Shown here piece after piece: positions 14,871 to 25,843 of a DNA stretch of 64,000 bases; position 1 is the stretch's first letter; every line of letters starts with the position of its first letter. The notes beneath the pieces are model-generated. The model worked only from the letters and a program-made list of their open reading frames with translations. It searched no databases and was not told the DNA's origin. A program made the translations under genes and the position numbers. Origin of the DNA: an uncultured Actinomycetes bacterium (GTDB lineage: Bacteria > Actinomycetota > Thermoleophilia > UBA2241); assembly GCA_963709345.1 (NCBI GenBank), contig CAVPVX010000011.1:352001-416000 (forward strand). Reading direction: 5' to 3'.

Positions 14871-15411
14871 CGTCCACCTCGTCCGGCGCCTCGCGCGGGT
14901 CGGCGAACCACTCGGATTCACTCATGCCGCCCTCGGCGATGACATCCAGCGGCATCTTCACGTACTTGCCCGTGGCCGTGACGGCGGCGCTGCCGTCGGC
15001 GAGCACGATCTCGCCGGCGCCCTCGAAGAGGCGGCTCGTGTCGCGCGTGATGCGTGCAACGCAGCGGATCTCCTCGTCCAGCGGCACCGGCTTGCGATAG
15101 CGGATGGTGAACTCGGCGGTGACGCCCCACTCCTCGGGGTGGAGGAGGAGGATCGCGCGGCCGATCGTCTCGTCGAGGATCGCCGAGCTGATGCCCCCGT
15201 GCAGACGGCCGGGGTAGCTCTGGTGCTCCTCGCAGGGCGTGAAGACGCCGAGGAGTTCAGGCCCGGCGGCTTCGTCCCCGGGCGACGCCGCGGCGGCCGC
15301 GAGCTCGTAGAAGCGCGCATGCAGGCTCAGGGGGTTCTCGGCGCCGCAGACGAGACACATGCGGCTGATGTTCTGGGTGGTCTTGACTCTGCGCGGCATG
15401 CGGGGCGTCAT
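14866..15411 (-). CDS. PaaI/hotdog-fold thioesterase
   Basis: CLVCG..NP, HQSYPGRLHGGISSAILDE and YRKPVP motifs. Confidence 0.88.
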   Translation of the reverse strand: MTPRMPRRVKTTQNISRMCLVCGAENPLSLHARFYELAAAAASPGDEAAGPELLGVFTPCEEHQSYPGRLHGGISSAILDETIGRAILLLHPEEWGVTAEFTIRYRKPVPLDEEIRCVARITRDTSRLFEGAGEIVLADGSAAVTATGKYVKMPLDVIAEGGMSESEWFADPREAPDEVDV

Positions 15412-15538
15412 GGCTCCTTGCTCGTTGGGCCGTGGCCGGCGGACACATGATACGCGAGACCACGGGGTATTGACGCGGCCTCGCGGCAGTAGGAGCATGC
15501 GCGGCGAGGGCACGTGTGAGCCATCCGAGGAGGGTGAC

Positions 15539-16354
15539 ATGCGACGATCATTCGGAGCCTCAGCTATCCTGCTCGCGCTGGCGGTCTCGCTGCTGCTGCC
15601 CGCTCTGGCCGCGGCGACGGACGAGCCGTCGTCCTACGCCGGGACGTACGCGGGCACTGCCGTCGGCAAGAGCGACAAGGGCTCCAAGGGTTCTTCCGGA
15701 GTCACGGTGTGGGTGGAAGACCTCGGCGACCAGGCGAAGTTCACGTTCCGCTTCGACAAGGTCCCGGTCGTGCTCGACGCCACCGGGAAGGAAGAAGGCG
15801 GTACCAAGGGCGCGATCGCGGTGCGGATCGCCGTGGACAAGATGGGCATCAAGGGCAACGCGACCATCGTGCTGGTGCCGAGCGGGCAGACCTGGCTGCT
15901 CGTCGCCAAGGGCTCCGGAAAGGCGCTCAAGTACAAGGGGAGCGGCCGGCTGAGCGCGCCGCGCATCTCCACGGGGGTGGCCCTGCCGTCCACGGTGGAT
16001 CAGTTCATGGATCTCTTCGGGGCGCTGGGCGGCGCCAAGCCCAAGTCGACCACGGCGCCGGCGGGCGACTCGTCAGACGCCCTCCCGGGTCTCGTGCGCG
16101 TGGCGAGCAGCGGGGACTTCGTCGTGCCCAAGCCCACGGTGACCCCGGTGGCGGAGGTGACCGTCGCGCCGGCGTCGATCATCGCCCCGGCCGAGGCACA
16201 GCCGCCGAGCCCCGACGACGATGTCCTAGCGGCGGCGTTCGTCCTGATGCTCGTGGCCGTGCTCGGCCTGGCCCTGGGAGTGGGCGCCCGCGCCCGGCCG
16301 GTGAGGGTCGCCGCCGGTCCGGCCGGCGGCGCCGAGGGCAAGGAGGGGGACTGA
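15539..16354 (+). CDS. Exported protein with a C-terminal membrane anchor
   Basis: GAGG RBS, Sec signal peptide, C-terminal hydrophobic helix, high GC3. Confidence 0.7.
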   Translation: MRRSFGASAILLALAVSLLLPALAAATDEPSSYAGTYAGTAVGKSDKGSKGSSGVTVWVEDLGDQAKFTFRFDKVPVVLDATGKEEGGTKGAIAVRIAVDKMGIKGNATIVLVPSGQTWLLVAKGSGKALKYKGSGRLSAPRISTGVALPSTVDQFMDLFGALGGAKPKSTTAPAGDSSDALPGLVRVASSGDFVVPKPTVTPVAEVTVAPASIIAPAEAQPPSPDDDVLAAAFVLMLVAVLGLALGVGARARPVRVAAGPAGGAEGKEGD

Positions 16355-16355
16355 C

Positions 16356-16853
16356 ATGGACGCCATCGTCTCTGCGTACTACTGGGTCAAGCTCGCGCTA
16401 CTCATCGTCATCGCCTTGCTGGCCGTGTGGGCGGCTGTACGCGGCACGGGGCCGCGCGTGTTCGTCGCGTGGCGCGCGGCCGCTCAGGTGGTGCTGGCCA
16501 CGGCGGCGTTCGTCCTCGTCTTCTGGCTCGCGGACGCCGGCAGCAGTCTTCTGTGGGTCGTCGTGCTCATGGCGCTGGGCGCCGTGGCCGGGTACTTTGC
16601 GGCACGGCGTGAACGGGCGTGGACGCGGGACGGCCATCTCTGCGTGCGCCGCTCGGCCCTCGCGCCATGGGTGTGGGCGGTCGCCGTGATCCTGGTCGCG
16701 ATGACTCTGCTTTTCGGCTCGACCTACCTCTTCGCGCTCGCGCTGCTCGTGATGGCGCTTGCGCTGGGGCTCCTGCTCGGCCAGGCCGGCGCCGAGTCGG
16801 GTGCCGCAAAGCGGGCTGTGAGGGCCGGGCCGGAGGCCGTCGCGACGACGTGA
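16356..16853 (+). CDS. Multi-pass membrane protein
   Basis: About 5 hydrophobic helices; GGAGG RBS; coupled to the upstream gene. Confidence 0.75.
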   Translation: MDAIVSAYYWVKLALLIVIALLAVWAAVRGTGPRVFVAWRAAAQVVLATAAFVLVFWLADAGSSLLWVVVLMALGAVAGYFAARRERAWTRDGHLCVRRSALAPWVWAVAVILVAMTLLFGSTYLFALALLVMALALGLLLGQAGAESGAAKRAVRAGPEAVATT

Positions 16854-16884
16854 GCGTCGGCGCCGAGGCCCCGGAAGGAGCAGC

Positions 16885-18067
16885 ATGGACGCAGACATCC
16901 TGATCCTCGGAGGAGCCGGGACGACCGGCGCGGTGCTGGCCGAGCTGCTGCTCGGCCACTCCGCCGCGACGCTCGTGCTGGCCGGCCGCGACCTCGGCAA
17001 AGCCGAGCGGGCGGCCGCCGGACTCGGCTCGAGATACCCAGGGAGGGTATCCGCGCGCGCCGCCGATGCCGCCGACCCGGGATCGCTTCGCCGGGCCTTC
17101 GCAGGTGTCGGACTCGTCGCCGTCGCCGCCAGCGTGATCGAACACGCCGGCACCGTCGCCGCGGCGGCCCTTGACTCCGGCGCCGACTACTACGACCTGC
17201 TGCTCGGTTCGCCGGCGAAGTACGCCGCGCTCGAGGCGCTGCACGCACACGCCGAGGACGAAGGCCGGGTCCTCATCACCGACGGCGGCATCCATCCGGG
17301 GCTCTCGGCCGTCATGATCCGCGCCCTCGCGCCGGCGTTCTCACGGCTCGAGCGCGCCGAGGTGGCCGGCCTGCTCAAGGTCGACTGGGGAGCCTACGAC
17401 TTCGCCACCGCCACCATCCACGAGTTCGTCACGGAGCTGGCCGACTACAGCACCGCCGCGCTGCGCGACGGGGTCTGGGCGGAGCTGCCGTGGAAGGAGG
17501 CCATGCGGCGTGTCGACTTCGGCCCTCCGTTCGGCGTGCAGCGCTGCTCGACGATGGCGATGGAAGAGCTCCGCCGTCTGCCGGATCAGATTTCCTCGCT
17601 CCGCGACTGCGGCTTCTCCGTCTCGGGCTTCAACCCGGTCGCCGACAACGTGCTGCTGCCGCTCGGCATGGGCGTGATGAAGGTGGCGCCGAACATACTC
17701 GGGGCTCCGTACGCGCGGCTGTTCGCGTGGGGTCTGCGGACGTTCGCGCGGCCGCCGTACGGCGTGATCTGGCAGCTCGAGGCGGAGGGACTGACGGCGC
17801 CCGGTGGGCCGGCCGGCGGCGGGTCGACCGGCCGGCAGGGCGCCACGCGAGCCGTCGGGCTGCGCCTGCTGCACGAGGACGGGTACTGGCTCACGTCGGC
17901 GGCCGCAGCCGCCTGCCTTCTGCAGTACCTCGACGGGTCGCTGCGTGCGCCGGGGTTGCACTTTCAGGCGCTGGCCGTGGAGCCGGCGCGGATGCTGCGC
18001 GATCTGCAGCGCATGGGCGTCGGATCGAGAGTCGCGGCGTGGACGCGGAGCGCTTCTCGACCGGTGA
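16885..18067 (+). CDS. Saccharopine dehydrogenase-like NAD(P)-binding oxidoreductase
   Basis: ILGGAGTTG, AGRD and DGGIHPGL motifs. The raw ORF runs to 18294 over the convergent gene; indels near 18020-18050 would end it near 18067. Confidence 0.75.
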
Positions 18068-18098
18068 CGCCCGGGCGGCGGCGGCGCTCGCGGGTCGT

Positions 18099-18997
18099 CT
18101 ACCCGGCGACCCAGGTGACCACGTACTCCGTGTCCCGGTCCGGCAGGGGGATGTTGGGATCGCTGACGACCCAGCTTCCAGGGAGCCCGTGCTCGCGAGC
18201 AACCAGCTCGAAGTGGCACATGGCGATGCCGAGGTCGACGCGCTGCAGGTCGGCGATGCGCAGCACCCTGAAGAGGGGGCCGTTCTTGCGGTAGGCCCGC
18301 GTCCGGGTGAGGAAGAAGTGCCAGGAGCTGCCGGGGGAGCCGGCGACCCGCTCGCGCACGACGCGCCATGGCTGCTTGTTGGTCGCCGAGGGCGCCATGC
18401 GGACGGCATCGAGCGCGGCCGCGTAGCCGCCCGCGCGCTCCGGGTCGAGCGGCTCGCCGAATCCGTTCTCGAAGAACAGCTGCGAGACGGGGAGTCTGCG
18501 GTCGCCCTCCTCGCGCTCGCGGATGCGCTCGGCGCCGTCGTCGCCGATGAGGCCTATGGAGACGACGGCCGGCAGCGTCTCGTCGCGGTCGAGGCCGCCG
18601 AAGCGGCGCACGAAGGTGCTCCGCGTGAAGGTGCCGCCGAGCCAGCAGGTGCCCAGCTCGAGCTCGGTCGCGTAGAGGATGATCTGCTCGAGCAGGTGAC
18701 CGTAGTCTTCGAGGTCGCCCGGCGCGCGGCCGACGGCGCCGACGATGAAGCCGGTCGCGCCCTTGATGAAACCGTAGGTGCCGAGGCGTCGGAGGGCGCT
18801 CGCCGTCGCCCGGCGCCGCGGCGATGAGGCGGAAGCGCGCGTGCGAGCCGAGCGGGCCGGTGGTCCGTGCGCGCCATGAACGCTTCGAGCAGGCTCCGGC
18901 GTTCTGCGTCGATGGGCTCCGGCAGGTACGTCCGGCAGGAGTAGCGCCGGCGGATGAGCTCGTGCGCCGACTCCGAGATCTGGGGTGGGGCGGTCAT
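18099..18997 (-). CDS. Nitroreductase family protein (frameshifts near 18830-18870)
   Basis: IRRRYSCRTY, LGTYGFIKGA, LGTCWLGG, APSATNKQPW and DLGIAMCHF motifs. Confidence 0.85.
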
Positions 18998-19033
18998 GGC
19001 GTATCGTCCGCCGTTCCGCCGCGACGCCGCCGC

Positions 19034-20313
19034 TCACACCTGCGTCACCAGGTACTCGAACGCCGCCAGCGCCGCCTTGGCGCCCTCGCCGACGGAGATC
19101 ACGATCTGCTTGTCGTGCACGTCCGTGCAGTCGCCGGCGGCGAAGACGCCGCGCACGCCGGTACGACCGTGGCTGTCGACGACGATCTCGCCGCGCCCGT
19201 TGGTGTCGACGAGGTCGAGGGCGAAGCCGGTGTTGGGGAAGAGGCCGACCTCGACGAAGACGCCGTCCAGGTCGAGGCGCCGCGTCTCGCCGGACTCGCG
19301 GTCGCGCACCGTGAGCGCCGTCACGGCGTCGCCGCCGTTCGCGCTGCGTCCGTCGCCCGGCGCTTTGCCGGCGCTCACCGCCGCGGCCCTGGATCTCGAC
19401 GGGCTCGTGGTCGGGCAGCACCTCGACTGCCGGCGGCGCTCGCGACCTTGTCCTGCAGCACCTCGTCGCCGGTCAGCCCGCTGCGCGCCACCAGTGTGAC
19501 GTGGCGGGCGATGCCGTCCATCTCGATCGCCGCCTCGAGGGCCGAGTTGCCGCCGCCGACGATGGCGACGTCGAGATCCTTGAAGAGCGGCCCGTCGCAG
19601 GTGGAGCAGTAGACGACGCCGCGGCCGGCGAGTTCCTTCTCGCCGGGGATCTGCAGGTGCCGCTTCTGCACGCCGCTGGCGATGATCCAGGTACGAGCCG
19701 AGAGTTCGCGGATCGACTCGAGCTCGAGGATCTTGCTGCGCCCGTCGATGCGCAGGCCGACGACCTGCTCGCCGATGAGCTGCTCGATACCGTACCGCGA
19801 TGCCTGGGCGAAGAACTTCTGCACGAGATCCGGTCCGGTGATGAGCTCGTAACCCGGGTAGTTGGCCACGTCGCGGGTGGTGCCGAGCTGTCCGCCGATG
19901 TCGCCCGCCACGACGATCGTGCTGAGGTTCTTGCGCGCCGCGTACATGGCGGCGGCGAGGCCGGCGGGCCCGCCGCCCACTACGGCGACGTCGTAGAGCG
20001 TCTTGAGCTCGACCGGCTCGCGGCCGAGCCGCCGGTCGAGCTCTCCGGTCGCGTTGAGCCGGGCGAGGTCGTCATAGCCGCCGACGAGCGCGCCCTCGAG
20101 GAAGATCTCGGGCACGCTGCGGCGACCGGAGCGCTCCACCATCTCCTGCTGGAGCACCTCGTCGTGGGTCACGTCGATCTCGCGCCACTCCAGGCCCTTG
20201 GAGCGCAGCAGGGCCTTGGCCTTGGCGCAGAAGGGGCACCACTGCTTGGTGTAGAGGAGGAGGTCGCCGCGGCTTGCCTGGTCGCCGTCTCTCGCCTGCC
20301 GTCTCTCGCTCAT
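19034..20313 (-). CDS. Glutaredoxin-thioredoxin reductase fusion (frameshift near 19380-19430)
   Basis: Grx motifs CPFC, SVPEIF and GGYDD; TrxR motifs GGGPAG, CSTCDG, GGGNSA and FAAGD...KQIVISVGEG. Confidence 0.88.
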
Positions 20314-20994
20314 CGGCTCACCGCCTTCGCTTCCTCGATCAGCGCGTTCAGGTTCGTCGGAATCGGGTTGGCCTTGAGCAGGCGCGCCATCCAGACGACG
20401 TTGTGCGCGAGGTAGCGCGCCGTCTTGTTGGTGTAGAGGTGCTTGTCGCCGCCGGCCTCGATGTAGCTGGGGCCGGGACCGGCGTCGCCGACCCAGTAGG
20501 TGTCGGCGTTCGGCGGCACGACGCAGCCCAGGTGGGTGAGGTTGAAGAGCGTGGTGCCCGCGGCGTCGTGGGCGCCGTCCTCGTTGCCGGTGACGACCAC
20601 GCCGGCGACCTTGCCGTAGAGCGGGAACTGGCCCGTGACCGGGTCGCCGTCGTTGTAGCTGCCGTCGAGGCGCTCGATGACCAGCTGCGCCACCGCGCGA
20701 GCGCACGCCGAACCAGATCGGCGTGCCGATGATGACGATGTCGGCGGCCTTCAGCTTGTCGTAGATGAGCGGCCACTCGTCGCCGTCGCCGAGGTCGGAC
20801 TCAATGCCGAAGGGGACGTTGTGGTCGACGACGCGGACGACCTCACTCTCTACGCCGAGCGGCGCCATGAGGCCGGTGACCTTGGTGATGAGCGCCTCCG
20901 TGTTCGAAACGGCCGGCGACTTCTTGAGCGTGCAGTTGAGGATGACGGCTTTGAGCGGGCCGGGGAGCGGCGGGGTGTCGGGGTGTCGGGGCAT
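20310..20994 (-). CDS. Flavodoxin-like / NADPH-dependent FMN reductase family protein (frameshift near 20700)
   Basis: LNCTLK..P..SNT and GTPIWFG, then ERL...GKVAGVVVTGNEDG in ORF 20310..20693. Confidence 0.85.
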
Positions 20995-21634
20995 CGGACG
21001 TCTCCTTCACAGGGGTGACCCGAGCCTGGCGTGCGAAGCCGTGGCGGCCGGGCGGCGGCCGCTCAGCTCGCGCGACCATAGGGAGCAGCTACCCCGGACG
21101 GCGCGTCCGTAGTCGTGCGCGAGGGGTTGACGGGGGACGTGCCCACATGCTGGCTGAACGAGATGGAGTGACTCTGCCTACACCGCGTCAGACGCCTGGG
21201 GACCCGCCGACCGGATGCGACGCGGTCTCCCCGCCGGCCATGCCGGCGACGCCGCTGCTCGGCGGGTCCCCAATCGTCATCACCGACCGCTGGGGCGAGG
21301 ACTGGGTCGTGTCGACGGCTGTCCGCAAGTTCGGGTTCGAGACCGAGCGCTTCGATCATAGCCTCGGCCTCGGCGTGATCCGCCCCATCACCGATCCCGG
21401 CGTGGCGCGGTCCGGTGACGGGCCGGAGCGTGACGGCTACCGAAGACGAGCAGGCCGCCGGCGACGCCTACGGCTACGACCAGGGATCCGGCACGGAGGG
21501 CTCGACGGGCACGCCGCAGGTCTGCCCCGCCACGGGGTGCAGCGCTTCGAGCCGCCACGCCACGGAGTGACGCCTCCGACGCACGGGAGGGAGCCGGCGC
21601 GGCGGCACGGTGGCATGCCCCTCTCGCTCCGCGT

Positions 21635-22123
21635 TCAGGCGAGCCGCGCCAGGCCGGCGAGCTCGTAGAGCACGACGACGCCGTAGACGGCGAGGAAGAG
21701 GATCGCCGCCAGCAGCGCCACACGACGTCTGCGCAGCGTCCAGATGCCGAGGGATGCGGCGGCGAGCAGGCCGATCTTGAACGCCGCCGCCTGCAGCGTC
21801 CCTTCGGCGAAGAAGAACCCCATGATCGGGTTGGCTTCGCTCGCGCCCCGTTCGAACAGCATCAGTGTGAGCGTGAGGTCGAGCAGGCTGAGCAGATTGG
21901 CCAGCGCCAGCACGTCGATCAGCGAACGCGGGTTGTCCCGCAGGTGGATCAGCGAGGCGTCGAGCGCGGCGGACAAGGGCGCTCGGTCCTGCGGGCGGCG
22001 CCGGTCAAAGCCGGAGCGCTGTTCTCTGAGGACGAAGCGGCGCCTGCGGCGCCGGTCGGTCCCGGGCGCTCTATGATCGGTGGCCGGTTCCATCGGCTTC
22101 CCCTCGAAAGGATGAAGACGCAT
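21635..22123 (-). CDS. DUF5658-like membrane protein
   Basis: NLLSLLDLTLT...GASEANPIM...FK motif; 3 hydrophobic helices; ERRS/DRRR-type repeats in the N-terminal part. Confidence 0.7.
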   Translation of the reverse strand: MRLHPFEGKPMEPATDHRAPGTDRRRRRRFVLREQRSGFDRRRPQDRAPLSAALDASLIHLRDNPRSLIDVLALANLLSLLDLTLTLMLFERGASEANPIMGFFFAEGTLQAAAFKIGLLAAASLGIWTLRRRRVALLAAILFLAVYGVVVLYELAGLARLA

Positions 22124-22212
22124 TCTACCCTATATGTCCGCCGGCCGGACCCGGGGTGCGTGGCGCGTGTCCTCGCGCTATTCTGAGGCTGCACGCACTC
22201 GAAAGGTAGTGG

Positions 22213-22933
22213 ATGCTTCAACGGATCGCCCACGGTCGAGAACGCCCGCCCTTCGCTGCTCCGATCGCGGCACGGGCCGCTCCGTCTGCTCCCGTGCGCG
22301 GCGCGGCGCTCCTCTTCGTTCTGTTCGTCGGCTTCGCGCTCCTCGGCCTTGCGGCTGCCTGCGGGGGCGCCGGGACCACGGAGCCGGGTGAGAACGGGCA
22401 GGCCGCCGACGTCGGCGGCCTGCGCCGTGCCGAGCGCGAGCGGCTCCGCGTCGCCGGCGGCGTCGCGCGCGCCCGTCGCCGGCAGAACGGAGATCGCCAC
22501 CTTCGCCGCGGGGTGCTTCTGGGGGGTCGAGGCGCACTTCGCGGCCCTGCCCGGAGTCGTCGACGTCGTCGTGGGCTATGCGGGCGGCACGACCGCGGAC
22601 CCCACGTACGACGAGGTCTGCTCCGGCGAGACCGGTCATGCCGAGGCAGTGCGCGTCCAGTACGACCCCGACGTGATCACGTACGAGGAACTGCTCGAGG
22701 GCTTCTTCGACATGCACGACCCCACCACGCTGGACCGTCAGGGACCGGACATGGGCTCCCAGTATCGCTCGGCGGTCTTCTTCCACACTCCCGGGCAGGA
22801 AAGGGCGGCGCGGGCGGTGATGGAGCGCGTCGAGAACGCCGGCGTGTACGCCGCACCGATCGTCACGCAGATCGCGCCGGCGGGCCCGTTCTGGCGCGCG
22901 GAGGAGTACCACCAGGATTACTATGACCGCTAG
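22213..22933 (+). CDS. msrA: Peptide-methionine (S)-S-oxide reductase with a lipoprotein-like N-terminus (frameshift in the linker)
   Basis: GCFWG, TGHAE, HDPT, QGPD.GSQYRS and AEEYHQDY motifs; upstream frame has an LAAACG lipobox. Confidence 0.9.
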
Positions 22934-23073
22934 ACGGGCGAGGGCAGCCGGGACGCCGCGATGGCGGCTCCGCTCGCCGCGAGGCCCCGCACGGCGGCGT
23001 GACGTCGTCGATGCAGCCCGCCTCCAGCGTCCAGCGTGTGTGCTCGGGTCCTCTCCGCTAGACTCAGGAGGTC

Positions 23074-24479
23074 ATGACGAGTCTTCCGCCAGATCGCGAA
23101 GGGGAGGCAGGCCGGGCATCCGGCCCGGAGACCGGCCCTCCGTCCGCCCCGCAAGCCGCTCCGCCGCTGCCGTACCGCGTGTACCGGGCCGCCGACGCGC
23201 CGGAGTCACCTCCCGGCTCCTTCTCTGCCGGGCCGCGTGCGTCACGCTCCCGCGGCACCCGCTCGCGTGCGGAGCGTCGGCGCCGCCTGCTCGTGCGCCG
23301 GCTCGTCGCGCTCGTTGTGCTCGTCGTGCTCGTCGGCGCCGTGGCCGGGACCGCCTGGGCGGTGCTCGGCGGCGGCGGTGACGACGCCGGCGGCGGGCGA
23401 AGCAGCCGCCGCCGCCGGGCCGACCGCGCCCGCAGCCGTCGGCTCCGCGGAGTCGTCGCCATCCGCGTCGCCGTCAGCGTCGGCCGTGGCCGCCGACGCC
23501 GAGCCGGCCGTCATCGAGATCGGCTGGATCGGCGACACCACGCCGGGCTCCAAGTACGGGCTGCCGCCCGACAACGGGCGCGCCCTCTTCGCCGCCACAA
23601 AGAAGGCGCTGAGCAAGCCCGATCTCATGATCGCCAACATCGAGGGCACCTACTCCACGGCCGGCGCCTCGAAGTGCGACGGCGTGGATTCGGGCCTCTG
23701 CTTCGCCTTCCAGGCGCCGCCGTCGTACGCCAAGGCGCTCACGTGGGCCGGCATCGACATGGTGAGCGTCGCCAACAACCACAGCTACGACTACCTGCAG
23801 CGGGGCTTCGACCAGACGATCGAGGCGCTCGACGGCGTCGGCGTCGCGTACACGGGCCGGCGCGACCAGGTGACCGTGGTGGACGTGGATGGCGTGAGCG
23901 TCGCGGCGATCGGGTTCTCGCCCTACTCGTGGAACCCGAGCATCAACGACATCCCGGCCGCTGTGAAGCTCGTGGAGAAGGCCGCGAAGAAGGCCGACGT
24001 GGTGGTCGTGCTCATGCACGCCGGTGCGGAAGGGGCGGACAAGATCCACACACCGACCGGCTCCGAGATCGCCTTCGGCGAGAACCGCGGCGACTCGCGG
24101 GCCTTCGCCCACGCGTGCATCGACGCCGGCGCCGACCTCGTGCTGGGCTCCGGGCCGCACGTCATCCGCGGCATCGAGCGCTACAACGACCGGCTGATCG
24201 CGCTACTCACTGGGCAACTTCGGCGGCTGGGGCAACTTCGGCACCGGCGGCAACCTGAGCCTCTCGGGGCTGTTGACGGTGAAGGTCGACGCCAAGGGCC
24301 GCATCCACGGCGGGCGCTGGCTCTCGCTCTACATCGGCGGCCAGGGGGCGCCTTCGGTCGACAGTGGCGACGCGGCCGCCGCGCTGGTGCGGCAGCTCTC
24401 CGCGGCCGACTTCCCCAAGACGTACGAGCTGGACGCCAACGGCTACTTCAAGACCGCTCTCGGCCGCGCGGCCGACTGA
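23074..24479 (+). CDS. CapA/PGA_cap family metallophosphoesterase (two frameshifts)
   Basis: N-terminal TM helix; GD, NIEG, VANNHSYD, MHAG, GSGPHV and shifted YSLGNF motifs. Confidence 0.85.
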
Positions 24480-24491
24480 CTGGGACCGCCG

Positions 24492-25247
24492 ATGACAACA
24501 GGGATGAGCGAGCAGCCCGACATCTCCCGCACTCGGCCGCGGCCGCGGCCGAGCCCCCTCTACCTGTGCGCACCGGTGAACGCGCTGGTCGAGGGCATCT
24601 TCGAGGAGAGGGTGCCGCTCGCGAAGATCCTCGAGCACGGCGACTTCGGCCTCGGCACCTTCGACGGGCTCGACGGCGAGATGGTGGTGCTCGACGGTCG
24701 CGTGTACCAGATCGCCGGCGACGGCGTGGTGCGCGAGGTGACGGAACCGGCCGCCTCGCCCTTCGCCTGCGTGACGTTCTACGCGCCGGCGAGCCACGAC
24801 GACCTCGCCGGCCCGCTGGAGTACGACGCCTTCCTCGACTGGCTGCTCACGCTGCTGCCTTCGCCCAACCTGTTCTACGCGCTGCGCATCGAGGGCCGCT
24901 TCGCCGACGTGCGCGTGCGCTCGGTGCCGCGGCAGGAGAACTACCTGCCGCTCGTCGAGGTCGCGAAGCACCAGGCGGAGTTCACGTTTGACGAGGCCGA
25001 GGGCACGCTGGCCGGCTTCTTCACACCGTCGTTCATGGAGTCGCTGAACGTGCCCGGCCTGCACCTCCACTTCCTCTCCGCCGACCGCACGCAGGGCGGG
25101 CACCTGCTCTCGTGCAGCCCGCGCGGGGTGCGCGCGAGCGTCCAGTTCATCTCGACCCTGGAGCTGGGTCTGCCGATGAGCGTCGACTACCTGACCTGGG
25201 ACTTCAGGCGGGACACCGGCGCCGACCTGGACGAGGCGGAGAAGTAG
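24492..25247 (+). CDS. budA: Acetolactate decarboxylase
   Basis: HGDFGLGTF.GLDGEM, GLHLHFLS and GGHL motifs. Confidence 0.92.
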   Translation: MTTGMSEQPDISRTRPRPRPSPLYLCAPVNALVEGIFEERVPLAKILEHGDFGLGTFDGLDGEMVVLDGRVYQIAGDGVVREVTEPAASPFACVTFYAPASHDDLAGPLEYDAFLDWLLTLLPSPNLFYALRIEGRFADVRVRSVPRQENYLPLVEVAKHQAEFTFDEAEGTLAGFFTPSFMESLNVPGLHLHFLSADRTQGGHLLSCSPRGVRASVQFISTLELGLPMSVDYLTWDFRRDTGADLDEAEK

Positions 25248-25411
25248 AGCGGGTAGGGTCGCCCGCCCCGGGCTGCGCCGACGCTCTCCCCGCGCCATTC
25301 TGAGCGTGGTCAAGCGCGAACGGTGCGGAATGCTGCGGCGGGTCATGAAGGGTCTGGAACGCATGCCACCGGCGCTGATGCCGGCGCTGCTCGGCGTCGC
25401 CCCGGCATCTG

Positions 25412-25593
25412 GTCGCCGGCAGGACCGAGATCGCCACGTTCGCGGCGGGCTGCTTCTGGGGCGCCGAGGCGCACTTCACGGACCTCCCGGGGGTCGTCGA
25501 CGCCGTGGCCGGCTACACGGGCGGCACCACCGCGGAGCCCACCTACGAGCAGGTCTGCTCCGGCGAGACGGGTCACGCCGAGGCCGTGCGCGT
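25412..25593 (+). pseudogene. msrA: Internal msrA fragment, a diverged copy of 22475-22656
   Basis: Encodes [17 protein letters not shown]...TGHAEAVR, colinear with the intact msrA, then stops matching. Confidence 0.85.
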
Positions 25594-25843
25594 AGGAGCC
25601 AGACACGCGCGGTGCGGCGTTGCTTCATGATGCGGCCTCCCTGTGCTCGAGCGGACGGATCTCTACGGGCGACATCGGCCCCTGCCGTACCCGTCTTCGA
25701 TAGGGCCATGGCCCCAAGTCGCCGCGGCGGCGACCCGCCTTCGTGGCGGCGACCGTCCCGTAGCCTCCGCTGAAGACAGGTGCCGCTGCGGGTCTCGCCG
25801 AGGGGAGCGCATCTGCCGACAACAGGAGTACGGGAGGCGGTGA

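Noticed and set aside
19375-20994. 539-aa flavodoxin-Grx-TrxR triple fusion
   Set aside because: Caused by the frameshift near 20700. The flavodoxin C-terminus ends at 20310 with an ATGA overlap.
19034-22933. Selenocysteine in the redox proteins
   Set aside because: The Grx, TrxR and MsrA active sites all use Cys codons; there is no in-frame TGA at catalytic positions.
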